64,000 nt of DNA from Diplonema japonicum (lineage: Eukaryota; Protista; Euglenozoa: Diplonemea): NCBI GenBank assembly GCA_964019335.1, contig OZ025660.1, positions 248,001-312,000 on the forward strand, given 5' to 3'. The notes beneath the pieces are model-generated. The model saw only the letters and a program-made list of their open reading frames with translations, made no database searches and had not been told where the DNA came from. Positions 31,775 to 42,344 of this stretch are shown one piece after another. Made by a program: the position numbers and the translations under genes. Every line of letters starts with the position of its first letter. Within the stretch, counting starts at the first letter, position 1.

Positions 31775-33700
31775 CTATTCAGGTGTCCTTGAGACAATGG
31801 TTCTATCTGTTTCCTTATCAGTAAGGAAGTGCCAGACAAGGGTTTTCTTGAACCCGGCGTCTTTCCAAGCTGCGACGAGCTTCTCGGTGACGCGGCGGCC
31901 TCGGGACTGGACGCCCAGCTTGACCTTGCCGTAGATGGGGGAACCAGGCAAAAGATACGGGATCATGGCGCGCATGATAGCTGGCACGTCGCCCCTGTCC
32001 AGACGGAAGATCGCTAGGTCGAAGTTCTTACTCACATCGTGCACGACCCACATGTCGTCCTTCTTGATGGGCACCACGCACTCTGCAGAGGCAGCTCCTG
32101 ATGCAATGATAGTCGATTTGATGAGATCCGCGTTCCCGTCTTTAAAGTCGTCGCACACCACGACGACCTTCTTCCCTTTGCAGGCATGCGAAGGATGCCG
32201 CTTCTCCATCTCATCGATGAACATCACCACCGTCTTTTGGTTCTTCTTCGTAACAGGCTTGCCTGCCAACATGACAGCACCGCATGCGGCCTGCCGCCAC
32301 TTGCGCATATCAAACACATCCTTCGGTATCACAGACGCTAGCAGGCACCTGTGCCCCATCCTGTCCTTCCAATCGATCGCAAACAGTGCATGTGTGAAAT
32401 TCGTTGGTGACAGCTGCTCAGTAGGCACTTCGGGGAGTAATTCCTTTTCCAACACACGAGGTACACAGCACAGCCTGACAGACTCGCTTTCTTTCAACGT
32501 TTTCTTCAACAGCCCACTCAGGAACTCCACACTTCTTTCAGAGCTGGAGTGCGTCGTGAAAGGGATCACCATGTCCACAACACGTGTCAGCAGCGGTTCT
32601 TCCAAAATAGGGAGAAGCTCGGCAGGCTCCCCGATCACAACCACCACGATGGCATTAGAGTCTGAGTCCGACTTTCTCATTCCACCACCGAACTGGATAG
32701 CATGCATCTCCACAGACTTGATGCAACTGGTGCCGGTCTCTGTCAGATGCACGCTGCGCTTCTCTAACCAGTACTCAGCGACTCTGTCGGGAACGGACTG
32801 CTCGCCGTTGGCGTGCATGATAAGCCCTTGCGGAGAAGGGAACACTTGTGCCGCGGGAGTCATGGGAATGGGGAACACAGTGCGCCGCGAGGCGAGGATA
32901 AGGAAGTTGTCTGGCGAGACGGCGTCAGGTGCGTACTGCACGAGGCATGTGGAGAAACCTGCGTTTTGCAGTGCACGCATCCTTCCCTCCTCAATGATGC
33001 GACGGATGTGCCTGCCCGACTGGTAACACACGGACTGACCTAGATCACGGAGCTCCGTCCATCGCTTGCAATCTTTCTGAGAAATGCCCTTGCTGTAGCG
33101 TGACATAGTGATCAAGTCAAGGAAGTTAGGAAGGTCGTCCTTCGTGAAACCAAGCTCGGTGAGGTACGCAGTGCCGGTATACGAGTCCCACTGGATCTGA
33201 GGATGACAGCAAGGTGCAAGAGCAGCGACAGTAACCTTAGGGGAGGCGCAGATCATGGTGACAGCTGTGTCGGTGGCATTGCCGCAGAAGTGCTTCGCAA
33301 TAACCAAAGAGTTAGAGGGGATGGTGTCGTTGAGGGAGACTTCTTGCAGGTCTGCGTTAAGGCGTGTCACGTCGTGCCCGTCGTACGTGGTGCAGTCGCG
33401 ACGCTCGATAGCAATGACAGGCTTCTTCGTTACCTCCTGCAACACCCTCCCCAGCAGTCCTTTCCCCGCACCCAGTTCTACAATAGTATCTATCCCTTCT
33501 GTGTACTTCTGCACCTCCCCTGCAATAGCCTCTAGCTGTGGTTCATGCACCTGCCTCTTTCCTATTGTATACCATGTCGCAGTGCCCTCTGTTGCCTTCT
33601 GGAACACAACCGCTGCTTCCAACCCTCCTCTCCGACTTGCCTTGATCTCCAGGCCCTTTCCTATCTCCGCCACGCGTTCCACGAGCTTACCAATCTCCAT
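31775..33700 (-). CDS. Trm13-like tRNA 2'-O-methyltransferase domain + additional C-terminal domains
   Basis: IVELGAGKGLLG, VIAKHFCGNATD, LAPCCH, VSPDNFLI motifs; likely start MEIGK at 33700. Confidence 0.75.
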   Translation of the reverse strand: MEIGKLVERVAEIGKGLEIKASRRGGLEAAVVFQKATEGTATWYTIGKRQVHEPQLEAIAGEVQKYTEGIDTIVELGAGKGLLGRVLQEVTKKPVIAIERRDCTTYDGHDVTRLNADLQEVSLNDTIPSNSLVIAKHFCGNATDTAVTMICASPKVTVAALAPCCHPQIQWDSYTGTAYLTELGFTKDDLPNFLDLITMSRYSKGISQKDCKRWTELRDLGQSVCYQSGRHIRRIIEEGRMRALQNAGFSTCLVQYAPDAVSPDNFLILASRRTVFPIPMTPAAQVFPSPQGLIMHANGEQSVPDRVAEYWLEKRSVHLTETGTSCIKSVEMHAIQFGGGMRKSDSDSNAIVVVVIGEPAELLPILEEPLLTRVVDMVIPFTTHSSSERSVEFLSGLLKKTLKESESVRLCCVPRVLEKELLPEVPTEQLSPTNFTHALFAIDWKDRMGHRCLLASVIPKDVFDMRKWRQAACGAVMLAGKPVTKKNQKTVVMFIDEMEKRHPSHACKGKKVVVVCDDFKDGNADLIKSTIIASGAASAECVVPIKKDDMWVVHDVSKNFDLAIFRLDRGDVPAIMRAMIPYLLPGSPIYGKVKLGVQSRGRRVTEKLVAAWKDAGFKKTLVWHFLTDKETDRTIVSRTPE

Positions 33701-33827
33701 TTTCTTTTTTTGATACCTACTGTGAGCATCAGGCAAAATGACGTCCTTACGTGACAGGCTAAATACTATACTACAACACAAGCGCCGTACAAAGAAAAGA
33801 AGTAAAAGGGCGAGGGAGGAAGCACCT

Positions 33828-34790
33828 TCACCCATACTTGCTGGGTGGGGTGTACTGAGGGGTAATAGGGGGGTACTGGTGGGAGGCCGTCTTGGCAGGG
33901 GAGATGGCCCGCATAGAGGATGGTGACCTTGTGGGAGAGCCGCATGCACAGCGGGGGTCAATATATGTGTCAGTGAAGGTGTTTGCTAACGAAGGTGTTG
34001 CTGTGTATATGGGGCGGTCCACAGGTGCCATGTCTTTGATGGTTTGTTTGAGCGTTTCCTCGCGAGAGGTGGATTCCTTAAGAGCTTGTTTCATCTCTTC
34101 CAACTCTTCGCGCAAGGTTTTGGGAGGGGTGTCCTGCGGGATAGGCATCGTGGGGGGGCTTGCCAACACATCAGGGGGCAACACCATGATGGTGCGACGA
34201 TGCCGAACAGCGTGGGTAGTCGTCACAGGCCCTGCCTCGAGAAAGGTCCGCATATGTAACGCCTGGGCAGGTGTGGGCTGTACAGTTGGAGGCAGCTGCT
34301 GCACGGGTAAAGGAGCAACTCTCCCCTCTATTTCATCTAAGGCTGCAAGCTTCCGTTGTGTCTCATGTAATTCCCTGAGAAGCTCCGATCTGTTCATTTG
34401 CTGTGTCCTAGGAGACAGTGGCTCGGGGCTGCTCTTACGGCCACCACGCAGCGTAGGTGACTTGCGTGAGCCAACAGGACTCGGCGACCTACGGTACATA
34501 CCTCTCGATGGTTGGTATCGAGGCAACGGGCTGGGTGACTTCGCAGGCAGTCTAGATGGGCTGCGTGACTGCTGCCTTCCCCTCGGAGGCTGCTTTGTAG
34601 GAGATGTCGTTCGGGCAGACCCTGGCCTGTACCGCAGTACCCCTGTAGGGCTTCTGGACCGTGATGTTGTTGCCTGCCTCCTAGAAGGACTTTTCGATAG
34701 CCTTCTGCTCCTCACCGACGCAGGGCTTGGGTGTGATTGCTTCACAGGTTGGTGGTATCTGTCATATTGCAGATTTCCCCATGTGGACAT
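33828..34790 (-). CDS. Ser/Arg/Pro-rich hypothetical protein with short coiled coils
   Basis: ORF 33828-34823, ATG at 34790; many RSPS motifs. Confidence 0.6.
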   Translation of the reverse strand: MSTWGNLQYDRYHQPVKQSHPSPASVRSRRLSKSPSRRQATTSRSRSPTGVLRYRPGSARTTSPTKQPPRGRQQSRSPSRLPAKSPSPLPRYQPSRGMYRRSPSPVGSRKSPTLRGGRKSSPEPLSPRTQQMNRSELLRELHETQRKLAALDEIEGRVAPLPVQQLPPTVQPTPAQALHMRTFLEAGPVTTTHAVRHRRTIMVLPPDVLASPPTMPIPQDTPPKTLREELEEMKQALKESTSREETLKQTIKDMAPVDRPIYTATPSLANTFTDTYIDPRCACGSPTRSPSSMRAISPAKTASHQYPPITPQYTPPSKYG

Positions 34791-35471
34791 GTCCGCCCTT
34801 CCTAATGAGGGCCACACCCTCACCCCACCTTGGCGTGGTTTTTAATAAAAAGGTACAGTTGTGAAGGAGTGTAAAAAGAATTTAAAAAAAAAGAAGGTAA
34901 GCAAATAAAAAGAGAAAAACAAAAAAAAAGGGGGGGAACTAAAGAGAGAAAGGTGGACAAAAAAAAAAAAGAGAAAGCATGACTTGCAAGACGCCCTTTT
35001 ATATGTCGAGAAATAAAAAAGAGACAAGTTTTTTTTTTTCTTAGGTTAGAGTGGAAAAAAAAAAAAGGGGTCATTTGTTTTTTTTTTTTGTTTTTTTTTT
35101 GTTTTTTTCTTTGTTTTTCGAGTTTTTTAGAATAAAAAAGAATAAGGGGAAATGGATGAGCGGGAATATAAAAAAAAAAGAAGAAAAAAAAAGAGGTAAG
35201 GGCGAAGTGAAAGGGCAAGTCCTACCTTGAAGGACCACCCTTGAAAAAAATAGATGAGAAAAAGGGTTCCAACTTTTTTATTTTTTCCTCTTTCTTTTTT
35301 TTTTTTCCCGGAAACGCCCCTCTTTAACCCATCGACACCATTCTTGTGCTTTCTTCCCCCCCCCCCCCAGAGGTAAGGGGAAAAAAAAATTGTGGGGAAA
35401 AATGTGTATTATTTCCTCTTCTCCCCCCCCCCCCCCCCCCCCTTTTTTTTGTTCCGTTATTATTATTATTA

Positions 35472-36980
35472 TTATTTTGCTTCATCGTCATCTTTTACCT
35501 CCAGCATGTTTTCGCTGCCGGAACTCACGATTTCTCCACAAACATCGCCTTCCACGCAAGCAAGTTCCTCCTCCTTATCCTCATCCTCATCCTCTGGGTC
35601 TGGGACCTCTTCTTCAACACCAGAGGCATCCATGAACCATGGAGTGGAAGGGACAGCCTTTCCTATCAAAGCAGCTGATCTCAAGGCAGAAGGGGCAAAT
35701 GCATCAACAGTGGTTTGGGTGAACAAACAGTGAGCTTTCCCCAATGTGGTGTAAGCATCATAGTTTTGAATGGTGTTGATCCACGAGGGAGGGATGGATG
35801 AGAGCCCGTAAAGCGATCCCGCCATTTGGCACACAACAGCACAGACAGAGTCAGCATCCCCACACATGTTTGCTACTTTCAAAGAAGCTTCTTTGAAGGA
35901 TGAGGTGGAGTACACACAGTGCAAGGCCATTCCCATGGCATCCATGGCGTAGCTTCCAATGTACCCAGGTTGGAGACGGGAGCGGGTAGCGCAGTATTTG
36001 TAGTCCGGTTCTTTCCAAGTCCAGCGTCTGTCTTTGAGTTTGAGGTGTTGGTTCTCAGGGTGCTCTTGTTCCTCGACACCATCCCGCATGCACCTGATGG
36101 TGTAGAATTCCGACTCAAAACCAGCGGATTTCAAATCGTCAAGGAGGTCCTTCTTGGAACCGTTCATGAACTTCACGCAAACGAATGAAAGCAGCCTGCA
36201 GAGCTCAGCTGCCTCGTCGCCTTGATGAGTTGTCTTTGATTGCTTGTACGAAGCTTTCATCGCTTCCTCGATGTTTGACGAGAAGAATGTTGGAACCGCA
36301 CCGTTGCGCATAACAGATCCGTTGCCCGAAGTTTCACGATCGCCTGCTTTTGTGTACGGACCGCCGTCTTGGCAGAACTCCCACATGGACATGGAAATGT
36401 TACCCCCCAGGCCGATAGAGGAGCGAAACCCGCGGATGGCATCACGGCCGAATGCGTTGTTGTAACCAAATCTGTTCCACGCGGTGAACCGTGCTCTGGT
36501 GTCAAGGGGATCGAATCGACCATTCACGAGTAGGCAGTCCGCAATGCACATTCCCATCGAAGCATCATCCGTCCATTGGCCTGGTTTCAAACCGAAGTTA
36601 TTGTAATGCCTGTGTTCCCACATTTTATTATCGTCAAGTCCTGTTAAAACCTCTGATTCATCATAATCAGGTTCGTCAGGGTAACGTACTGAACTAAATT
36701 CCATAGGTGCGCCTAGTGCGTCTCCGATAACGTTTCCGACGAAGCAGCCCATGGCCTTGTCCTCCTTGGATCCCTTCCCTTCGGCCATGCATCGTTTCCA
36801 TGCGTCCTGTCCGTTTTTCAAATATGTTTTGTTTCCCCCAATGATGGAGTAGGCCGACAGGCATGACCCCGACTCGCCCCTCATTCCACGGCAGGTTTTA
36901 AACTCATCCCTCGGGTCGAAGCAACGTTTAATATCTTCGGGCTTCATGGACGCTCTGCTTGAAACATGGTTCAGCCACAT
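35472..36980 (-). CDS. ADP-ribosylglycohydrolase (DraG/ARH family)
   Basis: IGDALGAPMEF, GQWTDDASM, GNGSVMR, TTH, GDADSV; acidic tail. Confidence 0.92.
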   Translation of the reverse strand: MWLNHVSSRASMKPEDIKRCFDPRDEFKTCRGMRGESGSCLSAYSIIGGNKTYLKNGQDAWKRCMAEGKGSKEDKAMGCFVGNVIGDALGAPMEFSSVRYPDEPDYDESEVLTGLDDNKMWEHRHYNNFGLKPGQWTDDASMGMCIADCLLVNGRFDPLDTRARFTAWNRFGYNNAFGRDAIRGFRSSIGLGGNISMSMWEFCQDGGPYTKAGDRETSGNGSVMRNGAVPTFFSSNIEEAMKASYKQSKTTHQGDEAAELCRLLSFVCVKFMNGSKKDLLDDLKSAGFESEFYTIRCMRDGVEEQEHPENQHLKLKDRRWTWKEPDYKYCATRSRLQPGYIGSYAMDAMGMALHCVYSTSSFKEASLKVANMCGDADSVCAVVCQMAGSLYGLSSIPPSWINTIQNYDAYTTLGKAHCLFTQTTVDAFAPSALRSAALIGKAVPSTPWFMDASGVEEEVPDPEDEDEDKEEELACVEGDVCGEIVSSGSENMLEVKDDDEAK

Positions 36981-37970
36981 TTTTTTTTTCTTTTTTCTTT
37001 TCTTGTTCTTCTTCCTCCCTTTTTTTTTTCGGGTTTATCTAAGTGTGGGGGTTTGTTCTTTTTTTTTTTTTTGAAGGGTATTAGTTAAAAAAAAAGGAAC
37101 TTTTTTTTGACAAAGTGGGTTTTTTTTTTTTTTGGTTCATTTCTCTTTTATTTTATTATGTTGTTGTTGTTGTTGTTGGGGGGGGGGGGGGGTGGTGTTT
37201 TTTTTTCTTGGAAAAAAAAATGTAGTACGAAAGACAAAAAAAAAAGGAAGGGGGGATAAAAAAAATCATCAAAAAAAATGCAACCCTCCCAACAATCACA
37301 CAAAAAAAGGTAAAATTCATTGTGGGGGGAGAAGGGTCAGCAATGACTCACCAGACTCTTTTTTCTTTTTTTTGGTTTTCAATTTATGCTTATTCTTATC
37401 CGTCACCAGCCACGTGTCTAATAAATTGAAATCTAATATCTGTGTTGCTGAGGAACTCCTTTCTGCGAGTGATCTCTTTTCATCTTACTTTTCTCCGTCT
37501 TGTTCTTTTCCCTCTCCCTTATTGAAAAAAAGGTGACATCACATAGTGTCCAGAATCGTGACCAGCAATGCTACCACTACTTTCTTTTCTTTTTTTTTTT
37601 TAAAAAAGAAATGGGGAGTGGGGGGGAGCCTGCACCTATTTACACGTAAGCCTATGGTCCTTCATCCAAGGAAAGAAGGGGATGGGAAGAGAGAGAAATA
37701 GACCATTTCAAAACCAGACTCTTTTTTTTTTCTCTTTTTCTCTTCTTCTTTTGGACAACCCTGCGACTTTTAAACTAAAATATCGACATTTCTTTTTCTC
37801 TTTTTTTATTTTATTTCTTTTGCCCAAGGTTCCTGAAGCTGTGCCGTCTAACTAAGATACAGTCTTCTAAGGTCATGGGCTGATGTGTCAAGTAAAAAAA
37901 AAAAAAAAAAAAAAAAAAAGACATTTAAGGGTACCTGCGGTATGTGGCAGGACGCCTGAAGAGTCTCAAT

Positions 37971-40900
37971 CTATCTCTTGATCGAACCTTTCTGCTGTGG
38001 TGTGGCCTTCGGCCCCTCGTTCACCCTCCTCGGTACCTTAGGTATAAAACCCTCAACCGAGTTGGTAAGGACACAATAGTTGTACAGTTGTTTCTCAAGG
38101 ATGTGGCGGGTCACCGGGGAGGCGAATACCGGTCTAGAGGAGTAGCCCCTTACGGAGCTGTTGTAGTAACCCAACGTGCGCAGGGAGTGGACAGAAACTA
38201 CTGACGCAGCTGGGATGAGGGGCGCTATGCCCTTACTGGTGTGGATGCGTTCTAGTGCCGTTATCACCCGGCCTATTACACGCGCGCTCACTTGGATGTC
38301 CTCACCCTCTTCACAAGGTGAGAGTCCCACCGTGGCAATGAAGTCTATGGCCAGCTCAAGCCTGGAGACCTGTCCACCTGTCGTGCCCCAGTGAAGGGCA
38401 GAGAGCCATCGGATGACGTGCGGGATGAGCCGTGGGAGGTACTGTTGCCTCAAACCATTGTCGTAGTACCACCTCAGTGACCGTGGCTTGAGCAAACTCC
38501 CCTTCTCGAAAGGCCTGTTCCACAGGTGAACGCTGAAGTCCATCGTCTTTTTCCGTGCAAAGGTGAGTTGTAAGCTACCAGTGATCTCCGCCATCATCAG
38601 CTGCAACTCGGCAGTGTCCAGCCCGAGCCCCACTGTCGCGATGCCGTGCAGTTGCGTGCACCGGGGCCACTGGTTACGTTGTGTGCACAGCGCTGCCCGC
38701 GTCTCGGAAGCTGTCCTGATGTGCTCGTGCGCCTGACAGTCCCAGAGGGTGTGCTTCAGGAGTCTCGCCGTGTGTTCCGAAATGTCGAAAGTAGCGTCGC
38801 AGCCCATGCATTTCGTCCGCCCCCCGACCGTGTTGTTGATGATCTTGGGGTGGAACGGGAAAACAGCCCCAGTTATCACTTGCAGTACCCTTCGTGCTTT
38901 GGGAGGGTTGCGGGTCGCCAGGTGCAGGTGTAGCCCGTTGGTTGCCACTTCGTCGATGTCGCCCGTCCCCTGAAAGGAGGGTCTGCTCTCCACGAGGTTC
39001 GCTCGCAGGTGGACCTTCAGGAGCTTCCTGACCTCATGCTTCAGTGCCCCAGGCTCTAGGGGGACCCATTGCCGCGCGAAATGCGCCCAGCTGGACCCTA
39101 GTTCCTCCAGCAGCTCGTGGGTCTGTCCGAGTATCCCGCGCGGGGCGAGGGGGTTTCCGTTCCGGGCGGCCTCCTTGTAGCCGTCTCTGCACGCCCTGAC
39201 GAGTGAACTGGACTCACCGTCGCTCCTCATCATCCGCGCAAACGTTGTGATCCTGCGGTATGCGGCTGCTGAGTACGGGTCCAGCCTGTGTCCTTTGAAA
39301 GCCACCCCGAGCGCCTGACGAGCGTGTTGGGTTGTGTGGGCCCCATATGCAAGAGGTAATCTTCTTCCTGAGGGAGTCCAAGAGCGAGTCCGTGGGTGGT
39401 GTGTAGAGCACTCCGTAGAGCGCCGCAGGTAGGATGCAGTCTTCTATCAGTTGGGCCTTACGCGTTCTCGTGATTTGGGTCACTGTGAGCTGAGCCTGTC
39501 GACAGCATCCAGCGCCGTGGCGATCCTTGTGTTCTTCGTCCTGGTGGGCTGCAGGCACACCGTACACCCCAACATAGTTACGCTTTTCACCGTATCGAAT
39601 AAGGTGCCCCCCATCGCCAGCCTGCTTCTGTACCCCTTCTTGGTGCTAAAGGCCTTAGTTTTCCCCGGGTGTACCGACATGTTCGTCAAGCGGCAGAGCT
39701 CGTCCAGCAAGAGTATGGAACTCTGGACCGCCTTCTCCGAGATCCTAGAGAAGAGGTATAGGTCGTCCGCGTAGGAGATGGGTAGGACTTCAGGGAATGT
39801 GGTGACGCATCGCCTGGTGTAGGCAGCGAGGATGGCGTTGATGAAGACGGGTGAGATAGGGCAGCCCTGGAGGATTCCGTTTGTGGTGCGAAACACCTCC
39901 CCTACCCCCGCCTGGAAGCGCAAACGCCGGTCGAGGTTGGCGTACATGGATCTCAGCGGCCTTAGGATATTCTCGGACATGCCCAGTCTCTCCGCAAGGT
40001 CGAACGTCAACGTGACAGGGACGGAGTCGAAACACTTCCTGAAGTCTACCGACAGGCCATACAGGGGTTCTGCCCCCTGTCGAGCATTTTCCACCTGCGC
40101 ACACACTTTGAAGAGTAGGTCATCGACGCCGTGTTTTGGTCTAAAGCCGTGCTGCGTCGGGGTGATCCAACGTTCCTGCCACTCGAGAATAGCGGGGAGC
40201 CTGGCACATGCCCATAGGCGGTAGAAGGCACTGGAGACCGTGATCGGGCGATGATCTAAGGGCTCTTCCGACTCAGACTTCGGGATCATCGTGATCAAGG
40301 CAGTCAGGATCGCTTGTGGCCACACGCCGGTCGTCTCAATCCAGTCAAAGAGGAACAGGAAGCCATCGAGGAGTTCTGAGGGTAGGTGCGCTAGCTCACT
40401 CAGCCTCCATCCGTCTGCCCCTGCACAATGCTGCCGCTGTTTCTTGTTGAGGACCTTCCGAAGCTGCGCAGAGGTGAGCTCCGTGGTGGACATCGAGCAG
40501 TACGGGATATACCCCCCGAAGGATCTCACGAACTCTTCCGCTGTTGGTTCTGGCCTGTCTTTGTACATCTGGAACACAGGACTCCATGCCTCCCTGAACG
40601 CGCGGTCGATCTCGCCCAGATTGGTGCTGAGCCTCCCGTCAGCCGTCCGGACCGCCAGCAGCTCTCTCGACTGTTTTCCCTGCACTAGTCCCGCTATGGT
40701 TTGGCGATGCTTCGCGAAGTGGTACTCCATCTCTCTCTTGTGCTTAGCACCCCGCGATACTTTGCTAGCGAAGTCCATTGTTCTCTGCACTTGGAGCACC
40801 TTCGCCTGCAGCTCCGCAGCGTCCTTGGCCATATCAACCATCGGCGCCGCACTCTCAGGGATGACACGCTGGTTCACTGCACGTCGCACCGCGTTGTCCC

Positions 40901-42263
40901 ATCCCCTACAGATCTCATGCGGGGGGGCTCCACATATAGGCTTCAGCCGTCTGACTACAGCAGCACAACCCACGCGGATTTTCTCGAGCGCTAGATATCT
41001 CTTTGAGACCGCATCCACGCTGTGCGCTGTAGCAGGCGCTGTTATGCGTTTGAGAGTCGGCTCGCCCAGGCTCCGCCCCAGGTAGCTCGGATTAAAACTC
41101 TCCCTTGACGTCCCCAGTAGGTGCCGTTCGCATATCGAGGAAAGGAACTGGTAAGCACTGTCCATGTCCCCCAGCTCCTTAAAAGAAGTCAGAGTCTGAA
41201 GGAGGTCCGCGGGCGGGGGCGGTCTATGTCCGGCTGGAGCCGGGGTAATCTGCCTGGGGATGGAGAACCGGTAGGTCGCCTGCTTGAGCGCTGTCACCCC
41301 TAGCCTAAGTCTAAGGGCATGGTGTGAGGGAACCCCGATGTCGACCGTCTCGCAGTCCTTCAGCGTGTGTGCCGCAACCTTGTTGAGCAGGATGTAGTCC
41401 GGCCTGGTCCTTGCCACTGCAGTGACAAAGGTCGGGGGGGTCTCCTCGTTCTTGCGCCTGGCAATTGTGGCGGCCGCGTCATCAACCCACTGGCTCGCAA
41501 GCGCTTCAGCTAGTACGGGGGACTCCCCCACCGACGTGTTGAAGTCGCCTGTGATTGCCACTGGGACTTCCCCTAGTTCACACACGCCGCTAACGGTTTC
41601 GTGCAGCAGCCTCTCCCTTTCCTGTCTGGCGTTTGCTGTGCCGTCTTTCACTGGACAATAAAGGGTGATCACATGCAGCCATGAGTTGGTCCCAATCGCG
41701 ATCCTTGCGTGCACCCTCCGCGACGTCGACATGTCTCCATTGAACACCGCGTTGTCCTTCAGCGCCAGGAGCCGTTTCTTCACCAGAATGCCCACCCCTC
41801 CTCGTTCTGCAACATCTGGAGCCGCAAGCCCGTGAATCACTTTGCACTCTTGAGGCGGACCCCACAACGTTCTGTGCGCTTGGAGGAATGAGTCAGTCTT
41901 CGTCTCCAGCTCGACCCTTAGTTGACCTGCCTTCGTGAGGGCCGTCTCTTGCAGACAGGCGATGTCGAAGCACTGCGTCCTAATCCTGGATTCATGATTC
42001 CTGTAGTTAGTCATGTTTGCAGAAAGCAGCACCAGTTCGTCCGGGTCGGCGGGCCCCGGGTTGGGGTGAATGTCACCATGTGTGAGGAGCCTCCTACGGG
42101 CTTCGCCTGCAATCGATTTCCTCGAGCGCTTGGCAATGTATCGGCAGCTTCGTGGCAACGCCATCGGCCGGCAGCGGGAGTATAACGCGCCGTTGGAGGG
42201 AGCACCAAACCAGTCGGAGGGTATGCAGCGTGGGCTGAGGAGTGAGAGAGCGTCGAGGGTCAT
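37971..42263 (-). CDS. LINE ORF2: 2A-like peptide, AP endonuclease, reverse transcriptase, C-terminal CCHC; two frameshifts (~39490, ~39310)
   Basis: DIACLQET, GGVGILV, ITGDFN, RPDYILL (APE); RPITV, QHGFRP, DFRKCFDSV, GILQGCPISP, SYADDL (RT); CMGC..KHTLWDC; split over ORFs 39480-42263, 39214-39567, 37971-39305. Confidence 0.9.
42051..42089 (-). other. 2A-like (StopGo) motif LLTHGDIHPNPGP
   Basis: NPGP motif immediately upstream of the APE domain; His replaces the canonical Glu of DxExNPGP. Confidence 0.7.
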
Positions 42264-42344
42264 CCCGTCCAGCGTGATCAGTGTGACAAGCGCGAAAAGG
42301 AAAAGGAACAGGGGACGGAGCAGGGAGCCTGACCATGCAGATAG

